NCBI GenBank assembly: GCA_964526195.1
Contig: CAZGIH010000017.1
Span: 131,888-195,887 of the forward strand
DNA from: an uncultured Chromatiales bacterium
Lineage (GTDB): Bacteria; Pseudomonadota; Gammaproteobacteria; Poriferisulfidales; Poriferisulfidaceae
DNA: 64,000 nt
Direction: 5' to 3'
Part shown: positions 38,794 through 48,998 of the stretch, piece by piece
How the letters are laid out: every line of letters starts with the position of its first letter
How positions within the stretch are numbered: position 1 is the stretch's first letter
Translations under genes and position numbers: made by a program
The notes under the pieces: model-generated
Seen by the model: only the letters and a program-made list of their open reading frames with translations
What the model was told of the DNA's origin: nothing
Databases searched by the model: none

Positions 38794-38846
38794 ATGTTCG
38801 AACGCAGAGTGAAAAACAGATCACACCTTATTCCTAAGGCAAGCCG

Positions 38847-39551
38847 TTACCACTCCCTGACCACCTGCCCCTCCGACAAGCGGTAACCTGTCTGCATCGT
38901 TTTCGCCAAGGTTTCGTCGTGTGTCACTAGAACCAGCGCAATTCCTCGCTCGGCATTCAACTGCTTCATCAGGTCGAAGACCTCGTGCGCCGTGTGAGGG
39001 TCAAGATTCCCGGTCGGCTCATCGGCCAGAACAACATCCGGGTCCATGACCAGCGCGCGGCAGACCGCCACCCGTTGCCTCTCCCCTCCCGACAATTCTC
39101 CTGGGCGATGCTGCAGGCGATCACTCATATCCACCCGTTTCAGCAGTTCCACGGCTTTCTCGCAGGCTTGTTCGACCGACATCCCCCCGATCAACGGCGG
39201 CATGGTGACATTCTCCAATGCCGAAAATTCCGGCAGAAGGTGATGCATCTGATATACGAAGCCTAGGCTACGGTTGCGCAATCTCGCCTGTTCCGAGTCA
39301 GCCAGCGTATCAATTCGACGGCCGCCAACCTCGACAATGCCCGCGTCAGGCCGGTCTAGGCCCGCGAGCAGGTGCAACAGAGTGCTTTTCCCGCACCCGG
39401 AAGCACCAACAATCGCCATACTCTCACCCCGAGCGACCTCCAATTCCAGGTCACGCAGGACATCAACCTGCACCTCTCCAGAACCAAACGACTTGGTCAG
39501 TCCAGAGCAACGCAGCACAGAATCACTCCAACGCAGTTCGGAATCACTCAT
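38847..39551 (-). CDS. lolD: Lipoprotein-releasing system ATP-binding protein LolD
   Basis: ABC ATPase motifs (GASGCGKST, LSGGERQR). Confidence 0.85.
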   Translation of the reverse strand: MSDSELRWSDSVLRCSGLTKSFGSGEVQVDVLRDLELEVARGESMAIVGASGCGKSTLLHLLAGLDRPDAGIVEVGGRRIDTLADSEQARLRNRSLGFVYQMHHLLPEFSALENVTMPPLIGGMSVEQACEKAVELLKRVDMSDRLQHRPGELSGGERQRVAVCRALVMDPDVVLADEPTGNLDPHTAHEVFDLMKQLNAERGIALVLVTHDETLAKTMQTGYRLSEGQVVREW

Positions 39552-40794
39552 AGCGCAACACCTCGGCCGGCATGACCTGCAACGCCTTACGCGCCGGGTA
39601 AACGGCAGCGATCACAGACAGGAGAATCGAAGCTACCGATGCAATCACCACGTCTCCCCAAAGCAATTGTGACGGAATCTCACTAATGTAATAAACTTCC
39701 GGCGAAAAGACCTTGAAACTAAAGGCTTTTTCTATCATTCCAACGACCACCTGAAGGTTGTAGGACAAGGCCACCCCCCCGCCGACTCCCAGCGCCGTCC
39801 CCCCAAGACCGATCGTCAAGCCTTGCAACAGGAAGACTTGGAGTGTCCCGCGCTGGGTCATGCCTAAAGTGCGCAGTACGGCGATATCGGAGCGCTTTTC
39901 CAGCACCGTCATCAATAGCGCAGAAATAATGTTGAACGCCGCCACCAGCACGATCAGCATCAGAAGGAGAAACAGCATGGTTTTTTCCATCTGGATCGCT
40001 TTGAAGAAGCCGTTGTCCAGATCCGACCAGTCCAGCACCCAGTAACGCCCGTCCAACTCTTCGCGGAACCGGTCAGCCAACCACGGTGCCTTGAACAAGT
40101 CCTGGAGACGGACTTTCAGGCCGCCGACCTCCCCTTCGCCCAGCGCCAGCGCCTGGCGGGCATCCTCCAGGTGCACCAAGGCTAGGTGCCGGTCGTAGCT
40201 CCGCATGTCGAGATCAAAGATCCCGACTACCTCGAAACGGCGGAATTTGGGGAGAAGTCCGGCGATCGTACTGGCTGCCCGCGGCACGATCAGGGTCACC
40301 TGATCACCCACCCGGACATTCAAATGTCGAGCCAGTTCATCGCCCAGCACGATCCGGTATGCGCCTGGTTCCAGCCGATCCAGAGTGCCTCGGGTCATAT
40401 GCTGTGCAATTCGGGAAGCTTCCGCCTCCAGCGTCGGCAGCATGCCTCGCAGCCCGACTCCGCTGACACGATCCTGGTAAAGCAGCATTCCCTGGCCTTC
40501 GATGAACGGCGCGCTCGCGACCACTTCCGGGTACTGCGTTAATTGCTCCGCCAGCCCGCGCCAGTCCTGCAACTTCCGGTCCGGCTCGCTGATGCTGATG
40601 TGGGACACCATGCCCAGCAATCGATCCCGAATCTCGGTGTGAAACCCGTTCATGACCGACATCACGGCGATCACCGCGGTCAATCCCAGCGCAATGCCCA
40701 GCGTTGAAACCAACGAGATGAAAGAGATAAAACGATGCCGGTGGCGTGCCCGAAGGTAACGCAAGCCGATGTACAGAGGGACTGGGAGATTCAC
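39544..40794 (-). CDS. lolE: Lipoprotein-releasing system permease LolC/LolE
   Basis: 416 aa FtsX-like permease paired with lolD. Confidence 0.8.
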   Translation of the reverse strand: MNLPVPLYIGLRYLRARHRHRFISFISLVSTLGIALGLTAVIAVMSVMNGFHTEIRDRLLGMVSHISISEPDRKLQDWRGLAEQLTQYPEVVASAPFIEGQGMLLYQDRVSGVGLRGMLPTLEAEASRIAQHMTRGTLDRLEPGAYRIVLGDELARHLNVRVGDQVTLIVPRAASTIAGLLPKFRRFEVVGIFDLDMRSYDRHLALVHLEDARQALALGEGEVGGLKVRLQDLFKAPWLADRFREELDGRYWVLDWSDLDNGFFKAIQMEKTMLFLLLMLIVLVAAFNIISALLMTVLEKRSDIAVLRTLGMTQRGTLQVFLLQGLTIGLGGTALGVGGGVALSYNLQVVVGMIEKAFSFKVFSPEVYYISEIPSQLLWGDVVIASVASILLSVIAAVYPARKALQVMPAEVLRYE

Positions 40795-41978
40795 GGGATG
40801 CGCTGGTCGATTGTCACTTGGGTCGTCGCGTTGGGGGTAACAGCCACCGGCCCGACTTCCCCGATCAGGTCGCCGCTTTGCCGCTCTGCCTGTCCGCTTT
40901 CGCTAATGCGTGCCACCACCATGACTTCGCGGGCCTTGGACAAGTTCATCTCCGGCATCATTGCCAAGGTGTCGTCCAGCACCACCTGTACCGGGAACTC
41001 ACCGGCCGCGCCGCGCCAGATCGCGAGCGGCATGGGCGGGCCGTCAATGCGGCGCGCGTATACGAACAGGGTCGCGTCCGGATTGTAGGCTTCCACAAAT
41101 GCCGGGTCCAGCGTCACTTCCACCTGCAGGGATGGGCCGATCTCGGGTTCGCCAGCTTCACGCCTAGCTTCGTCCAGCCAATTCTCGACCATCGCGCGGA
41201 CGCCATCCTCTTCTACCGGCAGGACCATGAGCAGCCGCTCCCAAGACTGAACCGCCGCATCTGCATTCCCTCTCTGCCAGGACGCCCAGCCGAACAGCCA
41301 CAAGGCTTTCTGGTGAGCCGGGTCCAGGTCCAGCGCCCGCGACAGGTATTCCATGGCCTCGTCCGAGAACCAGTCTCCGCCCGCCATCGCCATGGCGTCC
41401 GCCAGCGCCACCAGTGCCGAGGGGTCCGAATATTCCAGCAAGGCGTTGGCATGCATCCATGCGCTCACTGCCTCCGGCCCGCGCCCCTGCTCCCGGTAAA
41501 AATCTCCAAGTTCCGCCCAGGCATTCGCTTCCTGAGGGTTCTCGTCGACCTGCTGCAGCAGGCGTTCATGCAGTGTCTCTACCTGTTCAGTCTCGTCCGG
41601 CGCACCACCGAATATTGCGAAACGCGTCAGTTCGCTGGACGCCAGCATGAGGCCAACGCTGACGATCACCACGCCGAGCGCAAGCCAGATCGCGGTTCGC
41701 CCTTCCTGTCTCGCAGGTTCGGCGGCACCCTCACCGACTTCTTCTACATCTTCGAGGAGGCTGCGGTCCAGTTCCGCCTCGGCCTCGCCGAACAACTCCG
41801 GCGAAAGCCAGCCGATCTCGACGTCCTGCTGCAATTCGTCCCGACGGAGGTTGTAAGCGTGAGTCAGGATGTCGCGCATGGACTCGGAGCGCGGCCGCCG
41901 CTTCGCCCACCAGGGATAGAGCACGAAGATCAGCGCCAGCACCAGCAGCGCAAGGCAACCTGCGAAAAAGCCCCACAT
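40791..41978 (-). CDS. ccmI: c-type cytochrome biogenesis protein CcmI (CycH), TPR
   Basis: N-terminal TM helices plus TPR repeats. Last gene of the ccm operon. Confidence 0.75.
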   Translation of the reverse strand: MWGFFAGCLALLVLALIFVLYPWWAKRRPRSESMRDILTHAYNLRRDELQQDVEIGWLSPELFGEAEAELDRSLLEDVEEVGEGAAEPARQEGRTAIWLALGVVIVSVGLMLASSELTRFAIFGGAPDETEQVETLHERLLQQVDENPQEANAWAELGDFYREQGRGPEAVSAWMHANALLEYSDPSALVALADAMAMAGGDWFSDEAMEYLSRALDLDPAHQKALWLFGWASWQRGNADAAVQSWERLLMVLPVEEDGVRAMVENWLDEARREAGEPEIGPSLQVEVTLDPAFVEAYNPDATLFVYARRIDGPPMPLAIWRGAAGEFPVQVVLDDTLAMMPEMNLSKAREVMVVARISESGQAERQSGDLIGEVGPVAVTPNATTQVTIDQRIP

Positions 41979-42418
41979 CAGTCGTCACCCCGCTTCAGGA
42001 CTTTCGCGAGCCGTTCACGTTCTACATCCGACAAACCGCCGGATGCCCGTGCGTGCCTGCGGCGGATGCGGCGCAGCAATAACCAGGCAGTAAGAGCCAG
42101 CAATACGAATGGGCCTGTCCACAGGGCCACCGTGCGCCAAGCAAACGGGGGTCGGTACAGGATAAAGTCGCCATAGCGCGCCTGCAGATGTTCAATGATC
42201 TGCTTATCAGTCATACCCTGGTCGATCAGGTCCCGGACGCGCTTGCGCAGGTCGCCCGCCAGCTCCGCATCGGAGTCGGCCAGCGACTGGTTCTGGCAGA
42301 CCAGGCAACGCAGTTCGTACAAGAGCGCCTGGTATCGCTCGTCGCTCGTTTCGTCGGCAGCCAGGCATGCGCTGCCCATGAAGAGCAGGCAGAACCCCCA
42401 AGTCGTTATCCGCTTCAT
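41978..42418 (-). CDS. ccmH: Cytochrome c-type biogenesis protein CcmH
   Basis: LRCLVCQNQSL (LRCxxC) motif. Confidence 0.85.
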   Translation of the reverse strand: MKRITTWGFCLLFMGSACLAADETSDERYQALLYELRCLVCQNQSLADSDAELAGDLRKRVRDLIDQGMTDKQIIEHLQARYGDFILYRPPFAWRTVALWTGPFVLLALTAWLLLRRIRRRHARASGGLSDVERERLAKVLKRGDD

Positions 42419-42933
42419 GACCTCTCTCCGCGGATGCGCGCCAGGATCTCTTCCCGGTAGGCTTTCTCGTCCAGTGCGCCGATGTGCTTGTAGCGGATTA
42501 CGCCATCCGGGTCCAGCAGGAATGTTTCCGGGACCTTGTACACGCCCAGTTCGATTCCCACCTCGCCATACTCGTCGAAGGCGCTGGAACGATACGGATT
42601 GCCATAGACCTGCAGCCAGTTCCGGGCTTCATCACGCGTGTCCCGGTGATTAATCCCGTACAGTGCCAACTGCTGCGACAAGCGCATTAGCAGTTCGTGC
42701 TCTTCCAGGCAAGTGGTGCACCAACTGGCCCAGACATTGAGCAGGCTCCATTCGCCACGAAGCACTGCGGAATCGAATTTCTCTTCGGCCGAGCTCAGAC
42801 GTTCCGCCTGAAAGGCTGGAACCGGCAAGCCAACCAGTGGAGAACTAACCCGCGACGGGTCGCGGGTCAGGCCGATCGCCAGCATGACGACCAGTCCCGC
42901 AAACACGACTACCACCAGCCAACCACGCATCAT
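42415..42933 (-). CDS. ccmG: Thiol:disulfide interchange protein CcmG/DsbE
   Basis: WASWCTTC thioredoxin motif. The start at MMRGW (42933) gives an ATGA overlap with ccmF. Confidence 0.85.
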   Translation of the reverse strand: MMRGWLVVVVFAGLVVMLAIGLTRDPSRVSSPLVGLPVPAFQAERLSSAEEKFDSAVLRGEWSLLNVWASWCTTCLEEHELLMRLSQQLALYGINHRDTRDEARNWLQVYGNPYRSSAFDEYGEVGIELGVYKVPETFLLDPDGVIRYKHIGALDEKAYREEILARIRGERS

Positions 42934-44885
42934 GCCCGTACCCTCCCGCGCCGATAACGGTAACGACGATCCGACAGCGCCAGCAATCCGCCGAACGCCA
43001 TCAGCAACGCGCCGCCCCACAACCATTGGATAAACGGTTTGACATACAGCCGGACACCCCAGCCTCCGCCGGGCTGGGCCACCCCGAGCGCCGCATACAC
43101 GTCGCGCCAGACTGTCGAGTGGATGGCAGCCTCGGTCATCGGCGAGGACTGCACCAGATAGGTACGTTTCTCCGGCCGCAATTCCGCCACCAACCCTCCC
43201 TCCCGATAGACGGAAAGGTGTCCCTGCTGGGCCTGGTAGTTCGGCCCGTCCACTTCGCGCACGCCGTGGAACACGAATTCATGTTCCGCGAACACAACCC
43301 TGTCGCCTTCGTTCATCACCAGTTCCCGCTCCACCGAAAACGCCGTCGTGAACGCGATGCCAAGCGCAATCACGCCAAGTCCGGCATGCGCACAGGTCAT
43401 GCCGATCATGTGCCGGGGCAAGCGCCGCAGGCTATAGCCAGTGCTGGTGCCGCGCCGCATGCGGGAGAACTGCCGCCACAACGCCGTTAGCGTCCCGGAA
43501 ATGCACCAGACCCCGAGCATGGTCCCCACCAGTACCAAGGGCGACGTGGAGCCGAAAACCGCCCACGGGACGGCGGTGCCTAGCGCAAGCGCCAGTATCA
43601 GCGGCACCTGAAGCCGGCGCAGCAGTTCGCGGGCCCGGGTCTTTTTCCAACGTGAGATCGGTCCGATCGCGGCGAGGAACAACAGCGGCAGCATCAACGG
43701 CAGGAACACGAGGTTGAAGTACGGCGGCCCGACCGACATGGACGGCAGCCCGAGAACGTCCACGATCAACGGGTACAGGGTTCCAAGCAGGATGGCAAAC
43801 GTGGCGATCAACAGGAACACGTTGTTGAACAAAAGCAGGGTTTCCCGGGAAAGCAATTCGAAGTGGCCCGGGCTCTCGATGTGGTGGGCGCGCGTCGCGT
43901 ACAGGGTCAGCCCTCCTCCAACGACCACCGCCAGGAATCCCAGAATGTAAACCCCGCGGGCGGGATCGTTCGCAAACGCATGCACCGACACCAGCACTCC
44001 GGAACGCACCAGGAAGGTCCCGAGCAGGCTCAGGGAAAACGCCAGCAGTGCCAACAGCACGGTCCAGCGCTTGAAGGTATTGCGCTTTTCGGTGACCGCC
44101 AGGGAATGAATCAATGCGGTCCCGACCAACCATGGCATGAACGAGGCGTTCTCTACTGGATCCCAGAACCACCAACCGCCCCAGCCGAGTTCATGGTAGG
44201 CCCACCAACTACCAAGGCCGATGCCGAGAGTCAAAAACATCCAGGCGGCCGTTACCCAAGGCCGCGTCCAACGCGCCCAGGCCGCATGTAGGTGGCCGCC
44301 CCACAATGCTGCGATGGCAAAAGCGAAGGCCACCGCGAATCCGACATAGCCCATGTACAACATCGGCGGATGGATCACCAAGCCCGGATCCTGCAGTAAC
44401 GGATTGAGGTCGCGCCCCTGCATGGCCGGGGGAATCAAGCGGTCAAATGGATTGGAAGTCGCCAGCATGAAAGCGAGGAATCCGAGACTGACAAACCCCA
44501 GCACGGCCAGCACGCGCGCCCGGAACAGCATGGGGAGCCGACGACTCAGCGCAACCACCGCAACGGTCCAAGCCGACAGGACCAGGGACCACAGCAACAG
44601 GGAGCCTTCATGCCCGCCCCAAACGCCAGAAATCCGGTAGGCCAGCGGCAGCTCCGTGTTGGAGTTGTTGGCAACGTAGCGAACAGAGAAATCGTGTTCG
44701 ATGAACGCCCAGGTCAACGCAAGGTAGGCGAGCAACACCAGGAACCCTTGTCCCAGCGCCAGCGAAGAGGCGCTGCGCATCCAGGTCGGGTTGCCCCGTT
44801 GGGTTCCCAGGCCCGGCAGAAACGCCTGCAGTGCCGCCAGCACACAGGCCAGGACCAGGGCGAAATGGCCGAGTTCGGGAATCAC
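42930..44885 (-). CDS. ccmF: Cytochrome c heme lyase subunit CcmF
   Basis: 651 aa polytopic protein with a WWxD-like region (GWGGWWFWD). GTG start. Confidence 0.9.
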   Translation of the reverse strand: MIPELGHFALVLACVLAALQAFLPGLGTQRGNPTWMRSASSLALGQGFLVLLAYLALTWAFIEHDFSVRYVANNSNTELPLAYRISGVWGGHEGSLLLWSLVLSAWTVAVVALSRRLPMLFRARVLAVLGFVSLGFLAFMLATSNPFDRLIPPAMQGRDLNPLLQDPGLVIHPPMLYMGYVGFAVAFAFAIAALWGGHLHAAWARWTRPWVTAAWMFLTLGIGLGSWWAYHELGWGGWWFWDPVENASFMPWLVGTALIHSLAVTEKRNTFKRWTVLLALLAFSLSLLGTFLVRSGVLVSVHAFANDPARGVYILGFLAVVVGGGLTLYATRAHHIESPGHFELLSRETLLLFNNVFLLIATFAILLGTLYPLIVDVLGLPSMSVGPPYFNLVFLPLMLPLLFLAAIGPISRWKKTRARELLRRLQVPLILALALGTAVPWAVFGSTSPLVLVGTMLGVWCISGTLTALWRQFSRMRRGTSTGYSLRRLPRHMIGMTCAHAGLGVIALGIAFTTAFSVERELVMNEGDRVVFAEHEFVFHGVREVDGPNYQAQQGHLSVYREGGLVAELRPEKRTYLVQSSPMTEAAIHSTVWRDVYAALGVAQPGGGWGVRLYVKPFIQWLWGGALLMAFGGLLALSDRRYRYRRGRVRA

Positions 44886-45331
44886 CAGGAGATCCCGACC
44901 GGGGCCTGCCCCGCTTCGGTCAAAGCCTCCGCCACTTCCGGCGGCATATAGTTCTCATCGTGCTTGGCCAACACCTCTTGGGCCACGAACACGCCGGCTT
45001 CGTTCAACTTGCCCAAGGTGACGATGCCCTGCCCTTCGCGGAACAGGTCCGGCAGCAGGCCACGGTAGTGCACCGGCAGGCTATGTGCCCCGTCGGTCAA
45101 CGCAAAGCGAACTTCCATCGAGCCGGTCTCCTGCTGCACACTGTCCCGAGCCACCAAGCCTCCGAGGCGGAAGGTTGTCTGTGGCTCTACCAGACCGGCG
45201 GCGACCTGCGAAGGGCTGTAGAAATACAACAGGTTCTGCTGGAAGGCGTACAGCATCAGCGCCACTCCGGCGGCAACCCCGACGGAAACGGCCACGGCCA
45301 AGCCAAGACGGCGTTTCTGGCGGGCATTCAT
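44882..45331 (-). CDS. ccmE: Heme chaperone CcmE
   Basis: 149 aa, N-terminal TM helix, OB-fold core. Confidence 0.9.
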   Translation of the reverse strand: MNARQKRRLGLAVAVSVGVAAGVALMLYAFQQNLLYFYSPSQVAAGLVEPQTTFRLGGLVARDSVQQETGSMEVRFALTDGAHSLPVHYRGLLPDLFREGQGIVTLGKLNEAGVFVAQEVLAKHDENYMPPEVAEALTEAGQAPVGISW

Positions 45332-45380
45332 GACGCCATTTTAACGAAGGTTGTAGTTCCGGGGGGCCGGATGCCGTCGC

Positions 45381-45533
45381 TCAGTGGGCTTTCCCCTGCC
45401 CGCTGCCCTTGCCCCTGAGCCGCCGGTGCCGCCACCACGGCACAGCGGCGTTGCCGACCAGCACAACCGCCACCAGTCCGTAGGCGCTCCATACGAAGAA
45501 CGCATAGCCTCCCATCGCCAGGAATTCAACCAC
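45381..45533 (-). CDS. ccmD: Heme exporter protein CcmD (50 aa; absent from the ORF track)
   Basis: The frame reads (GTG)VEFLAMGGYAFFVWSAYGLVAVVLVGNAAVPWWRHRRLRGKGSGQGKAH. MGGYAFFVW is identical to the E. coli CcmD core. AGGAGG lies 6 nt upstream of the GTG, and the 5' end overlaps the ccmC stop. Confidence 0.75.
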   Translation of the reverse strand: MVEFLAMGGYAFFVWSAYGLVAVVLVGNAAVPWWRHRRLRGKGSGQGKAH

Positions 45534-46284
45534 GCCGCACCTCCTCAACCCACTGCCGGTCCGCTTCCTGTTCCAGGATGCGCACCCGGATACGCGCCAG
45601 CAGGACCGTCGAGAAATAAAGGATGAACATCGTGCCCATGAACAACAGCGGCCAAAGCATGCTGGGATGTGCCGCCGGCTTGTCGAAGCGGGTCACTGTG
45701 GCCCCTTGGTGCAAGGTGTTCCACCACTCCACGGAGTAATGGATGATCGGGATGTTGACGATTCCGGCCAAGGCAAGCACGGCTGCCACCCGCGCGCCCT
45801 TGCGGGAGTCCGCGAAAGCGTTGTGCAGTCCCAGTACGCCGATGTAGAGGAACAGCAGGATCAACTCCGACAGCATGCGGGCATCCCCCCACTGCCACCA
45901 AGTGCCCCACATCGGCTTGCCCCACAGCATGCCGGTACCGAGTGCCAGTGCCGTGAACCAGGCGCCAAGCACCGCGCACTCGTAGACCGCAATCTCGGCC
46001 AGTTTCACGTGCCAGACCAAGGCCACCAGACCGGCTCCCGCCATCACCGTGTAAACCATCAGTGACAACCAGGCCGACGGGACATGGACGTAGATGATGC
46101 GGTACGCCTCGCCTTGCTGGTAGTCGGGCGGCGCGACGACCAACCCCCAATACAGACCCACGGCGAAACCGAGCACGGTCAGCACGGAAAGCCATGGCAA
46201 CCAGGCACTGGCAACCGCATAGAAGTGCCGGGGTGAAGAAAGTACTGTAAATCTATGAAACATAATGTTATTCCTGGCTGACAC
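45526..46284 (-). CDS. ccmC: Heme exporter protein CcmC
   Basis: 252 aa, WGxxWxWD tryptophan-rich motif (WGKPMWGTWWQWGD). Confidence 0.9.
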   Translation of the reverse strand: MSARNNIMFHRFTVLSSPRHFYAVASAWLPWLSVLTVLGFAVGLYWGLVVAPPDYQQGEAYRIIYVHVPSAWLSLMVYTVMAGAGLVALVWHVKLAEIAVYECAVLGAWFTALALGTGMLWGKPMWGTWWQWGDARMLSELILLFLYIGVLGLHNAFADSRKGARVAAVLALAGIVNIPIIHYSVEWWNTLHQGATVTRFDKPAAHPSMLWPLLFMGTMFILYFSTVLLARIRVRILEQEADRQWVEEVRRG

Positions 46285-46939
46285 GCAATGCGGCCGCGGT
46301 TGCGAGCGGAGCCAGGCTCACGCCCAGGAACAGCAAACCCGCCAGCAGCAGCAAGGCTCCGTCGGCAGGCCGCCCTTCCACCGCCGCATGCACGGCCCCG
46401 GCGCCGAACATCAGCACCGGGATGTAAAGCGGCAGCACGATCAACGCCAGCAGAATCCCACCGCGCGGCAGGCCCAAGGTCAGCGCCGCGCCCAGCGCGC
46501 CGATCCAGCACAGCACGGGCATGCCCAAGGCCATCGAGGCGGCCAGCACCCAAAGCGCCTCGCCGCGGAGGCCCAGCCATCCAGCCAACACCGGACCGAC
46601 CAGGATGAGCGGCAACGAAACGATCATCGCATGCGCGATGAGTTTCGCCAGCGCCAGCCAGCCCAATGATACCCCACTGGTTACCCACAACTCGATGCCG
46701 CCCTCCTCGAGGTCGGCCGAAAAAAGCGTTCCCTGGGCCAGCAGAACCGCCAGCAGGGCGGCGACCCAAAGCAAGGACGGCGCAGCCTGCCCCAACAATG
46801 CCAGATCCGCTCCCGCCCCAAGCGGAAACAGCAACATCACCAGGGCATAAAACACAAGCGGCTGCAACAACTGGCCACGTCGCCGCCATGCCAGCCGGAG
46901 CTCGCGCCGGAAAACGGCAGCAAACGCCCGGCCCATCAT
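46268..46939 (-). CDS. ccmB: Heme exporter permease CcmB
   Basis: The start at MMGRAFAAVFRRELRLAWRR aligns with the E. coli CcmB N-terminus. ATGA overlap with ccmA. Confidence 0.85.
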   Translation of the reverse strand: MMGRAFAAVFRRELRLAWRRRGQLLQPLVFYALVMLLFPLGAGADLALLGQAAPSLLWVAALLAVLLAQGTLFSADLEEGGIELWVTSGVSLGWLALAKLIAHAMIVSLPLILVGPVLAGWLGLRGEALWVLAASMALGMPVLCWIGALGAALTLGLPRGGILLALIVLPLYIPVLMFGAGAVHAAVEGRPADGALLLLAGLLFLGVSLAPLATAAALRVSQE

Positions 46940-47517
46940 GCACCGAGCTGCAGGGTCCAGCCCTGCAGGGAGTCCGAAATTTCCCGATGCGTCGCCATCA
47001 CGACCGCCCCGCCCCGGTCCAGTTGCCGGTGCACTTGGGTTTCGAACCATTTCACCGAGGTCTCGTCCAATGAGGTCAGGGGTTCATCCAGCAACCAAAG
47101 CCGACGGGTACTGAACGCCAGCCGGGCCAGCGCAACGCGCCGGGCCTGTCCCTCTGACAGGCGTCCCGCGCGCGTTTCGAAGAAGGCACCAAGCCCCACC
47201 GCTTCGAGCGCTGCAGCCGAGGCTCCGGCCTCGTCTCCCTCCAGAGCCGCCATGAACTCCAGGTTCTCGCGGGCCGTCAGGCCAGCACTGACCGCCACCC
47301 GGTGGCCGACCCACAGCACCGGCTCACGCTCCCCTTGCCAGACCAGTTCCCCTTGTTCAGCCGGCGACAAGTCCGCCAGGATCCTCAGCAGCGAAGTCTT
47401 GCCGCTGCCGTTGGCACCGCGCACCAGCCACAGTTGCCCGGCATCGACCTTGAACGAGAGGTTCTCGAACAGGGATCGTCCGTCGCGACGACAGCCGAGT
47501 CCGCGCGCCTCAAGCAT
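46936..47517 (-). CDS. ccmA: Heme exporter ATP-binding protein CcmA
   Basis: The start at MLEARGLGCRR aligns with E. coli CcmA. Walker A GANGSGKTS. Confidence 0.85.
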   Translation of the reverse strand: MLEARGLGCRRDGRSLFENLSFKVDAGQLWLVRGANGSGKTSLLRILADLSPAEQGELVWQGEREPVLWVGHRVAVSAGLTARENLEFMAALEGDEAGASAAALEAVGLGAFFETRAGRLSEGQARRVALARLAFSTRRLWLLDEPLTSLDETSVKWFETQVHRQLDRGGAVVMATHREISDSLQGWTLQLGA

Positions 47518-47567
47518 GTGCTCTCCCGGTTTTGACAGGCAAAGCGGTTGCCAGTAAAGTGAGTCGT

Positions 47568-48104
47568 ATGTGGAAAACGGTCTCAGCGGCAGCGGCAATC
47601 ATACTGGTCGCGGTCGGGTTCGCAGGTTCCATGGGTGCCTCTATGGTACTGGATGCGACCAACACCACGGAATTCTGCACCTCCTGCCACTCCATGCAGT
47701 GGAACGAGGCCGAGTGGATGGACTCCATCCATTTCAAAAATGTATCGGGAGTCCGCGCCAGTTGCGCCGACTGCCATGTTCCGCAATCGCTTATACCCAA
47801 GCTCGGCGCCAAGCTGATCGCAGCGCATGATGTCTGGGGCGAATTGATGGGAACCATCGACACGGCCGAGAAATTCGAGGCACACCGCTGGCACATGGCC
47901 AGCCGGGTCTGGGACCGGATGAAGGCCAACGACTCCCGAGAATGCCAAAGCTGCCATACCTACGAGGCCATGGATCTTGACGAGCAGGACCGCAGCGCAC
48001 GCAAGAAGCATCACAGGGCCCCGATGCGCGGCAAGACCTGCATCGAGTGCCACAAAGGCGTCGCACACAAGATGCCGAGACGCCCGGTCGCGGCGAAGGA
48101 CTGA
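47568..48104 (+). CDS. NapC/NirT/CymA-family membrane-anchored tetraheme cytochrome c
   Basis: N-terminal TM helix plus four CxxCH motifs (CTSCH, CADCH, CQSCH, CIECH). Confidence 0.85.
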   Translation: MWKTVSAAAAIILVAVGFAGSMGASMVLDATNTTEFCTSCHSMQWNEAEWMDSIHFKNVSGVRASCADCHVPQSLIPKLGAKLIAAHDVWGELMGTIDTAEKFEAHRWHMASRVWDRMKANDSRECQSCHTYEAMDLDEQDRSARKKHHRAPMRGKTCIECHKGVAHKMPRRPVAAKD

Positions 48105-48301
48105 TTTTTAAGGCGATCGCCTGCGAAAAACCAGCAAAAAATTTGCAGATACGAGTCCTTTTCCAGGCAGAAAATCTCCAGACCCCAACCTTATCCGGTC
48201 GGGATTCATCCTGTATCTTCGACTGCCTTTCTCTTGTGTTACGATACCGCCCCGATAATGCATCATTGGGGTGTTCCCGGACCTTTGCAGGAGGAGATTC
48301 A

Positions 48302-48979
48302 ATGCATTCGCAATTCCTTTCTCGATCTATTCTTGCCAGCGCCCTTATGCTGCCGCTTGCGTTGCACGCGGATCAGCCCGGAGATGGGGCGTCAATGGCA
48401 TCGGTTGAGATGCTGACCGGCGCATGCGTGGCCTGCCATGGCCCGGCCGGAGCCAGCGTCGGCCCGGCGATACCTTCCCTGGCGGGACTTCCGGCGGTTT
48501 ACTTCATCGGCGCCATGCTTTCCTACAAGCACGGCCAGGACTTGGACGCGGCCGAAGCAGAAGCCGCATCCGACCCCGAACTTGAAGACGTGGAGATCTT
48601 CGCCCGTCACGGCACGATCATGGACCGGCTCGCCTCCGGCTACACCTTGGCTGAAATCAAGGTCATGGCCCACTATTTCGCCGACAAGTCCATCGCCTTG
48701 GCAACTCAGGAATTCGACGCGGAACTTGCGAGCAAGGGTGAGGCCCTGCATTCGGACAATTGCGAGAAATGTCACGAAGAAGGCGGACGATCCACTGTCG
48801 ACGACATGGTCCCGCTCGCAGGGCAATGGAAGCATTACCTGCACTACAGCCTCGCCGACTTCCACGGCGGTGCACGGGGAATGCCGAAGAAGATGAAATC
48901 CCGACTTGAAGAAGTCATGGAGACCGAGGGCGAAGACGGCCTTGCGGCCCTCATCAACTACTACGCCAGCCAGCAGTAA
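48302..48979 (+). CDS. fccA: Flavocytochrome c sulfide dehydrogenase, diheme cytochrome c subunit
   Basis: Signal peptide, two CxxCH motifs (CVACH, CEKCH), strong SD (GGAGGAGattcaATG). Lies immediately upstream of fccB. Confidence 0.8.
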   Translation: MHSQFLSRSILASALMLPLALHADQPGDGASMASVEMLTGACVACHGPAGASVGPAIPSLAGLPAVYFIGAMLSYKHGQDLDAAEAEAASDPELEDVEIFARHGTIMDRLASGYTLAEIKVMAHYFADKSIALATQEFDAELASKGEALHSDNCEKCHEEGGRSTVDDMVPLAGQWKHYLHYSLADFHGGARGMPKKMKSRLEEVMETEGEDGLAALINYYASQQ

Positions 48980-48998
48980 TCGCGGAGGAGTAAAGATC

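Noticed and set aside
45341-45529. 62-aa ORF offered in the ccmD position
   Set aside because: It is hydrophilic, TTG-initiated and in the wrong frame. The true ccmD (MGGYAFFVW) is in another frame at 45381-45533.
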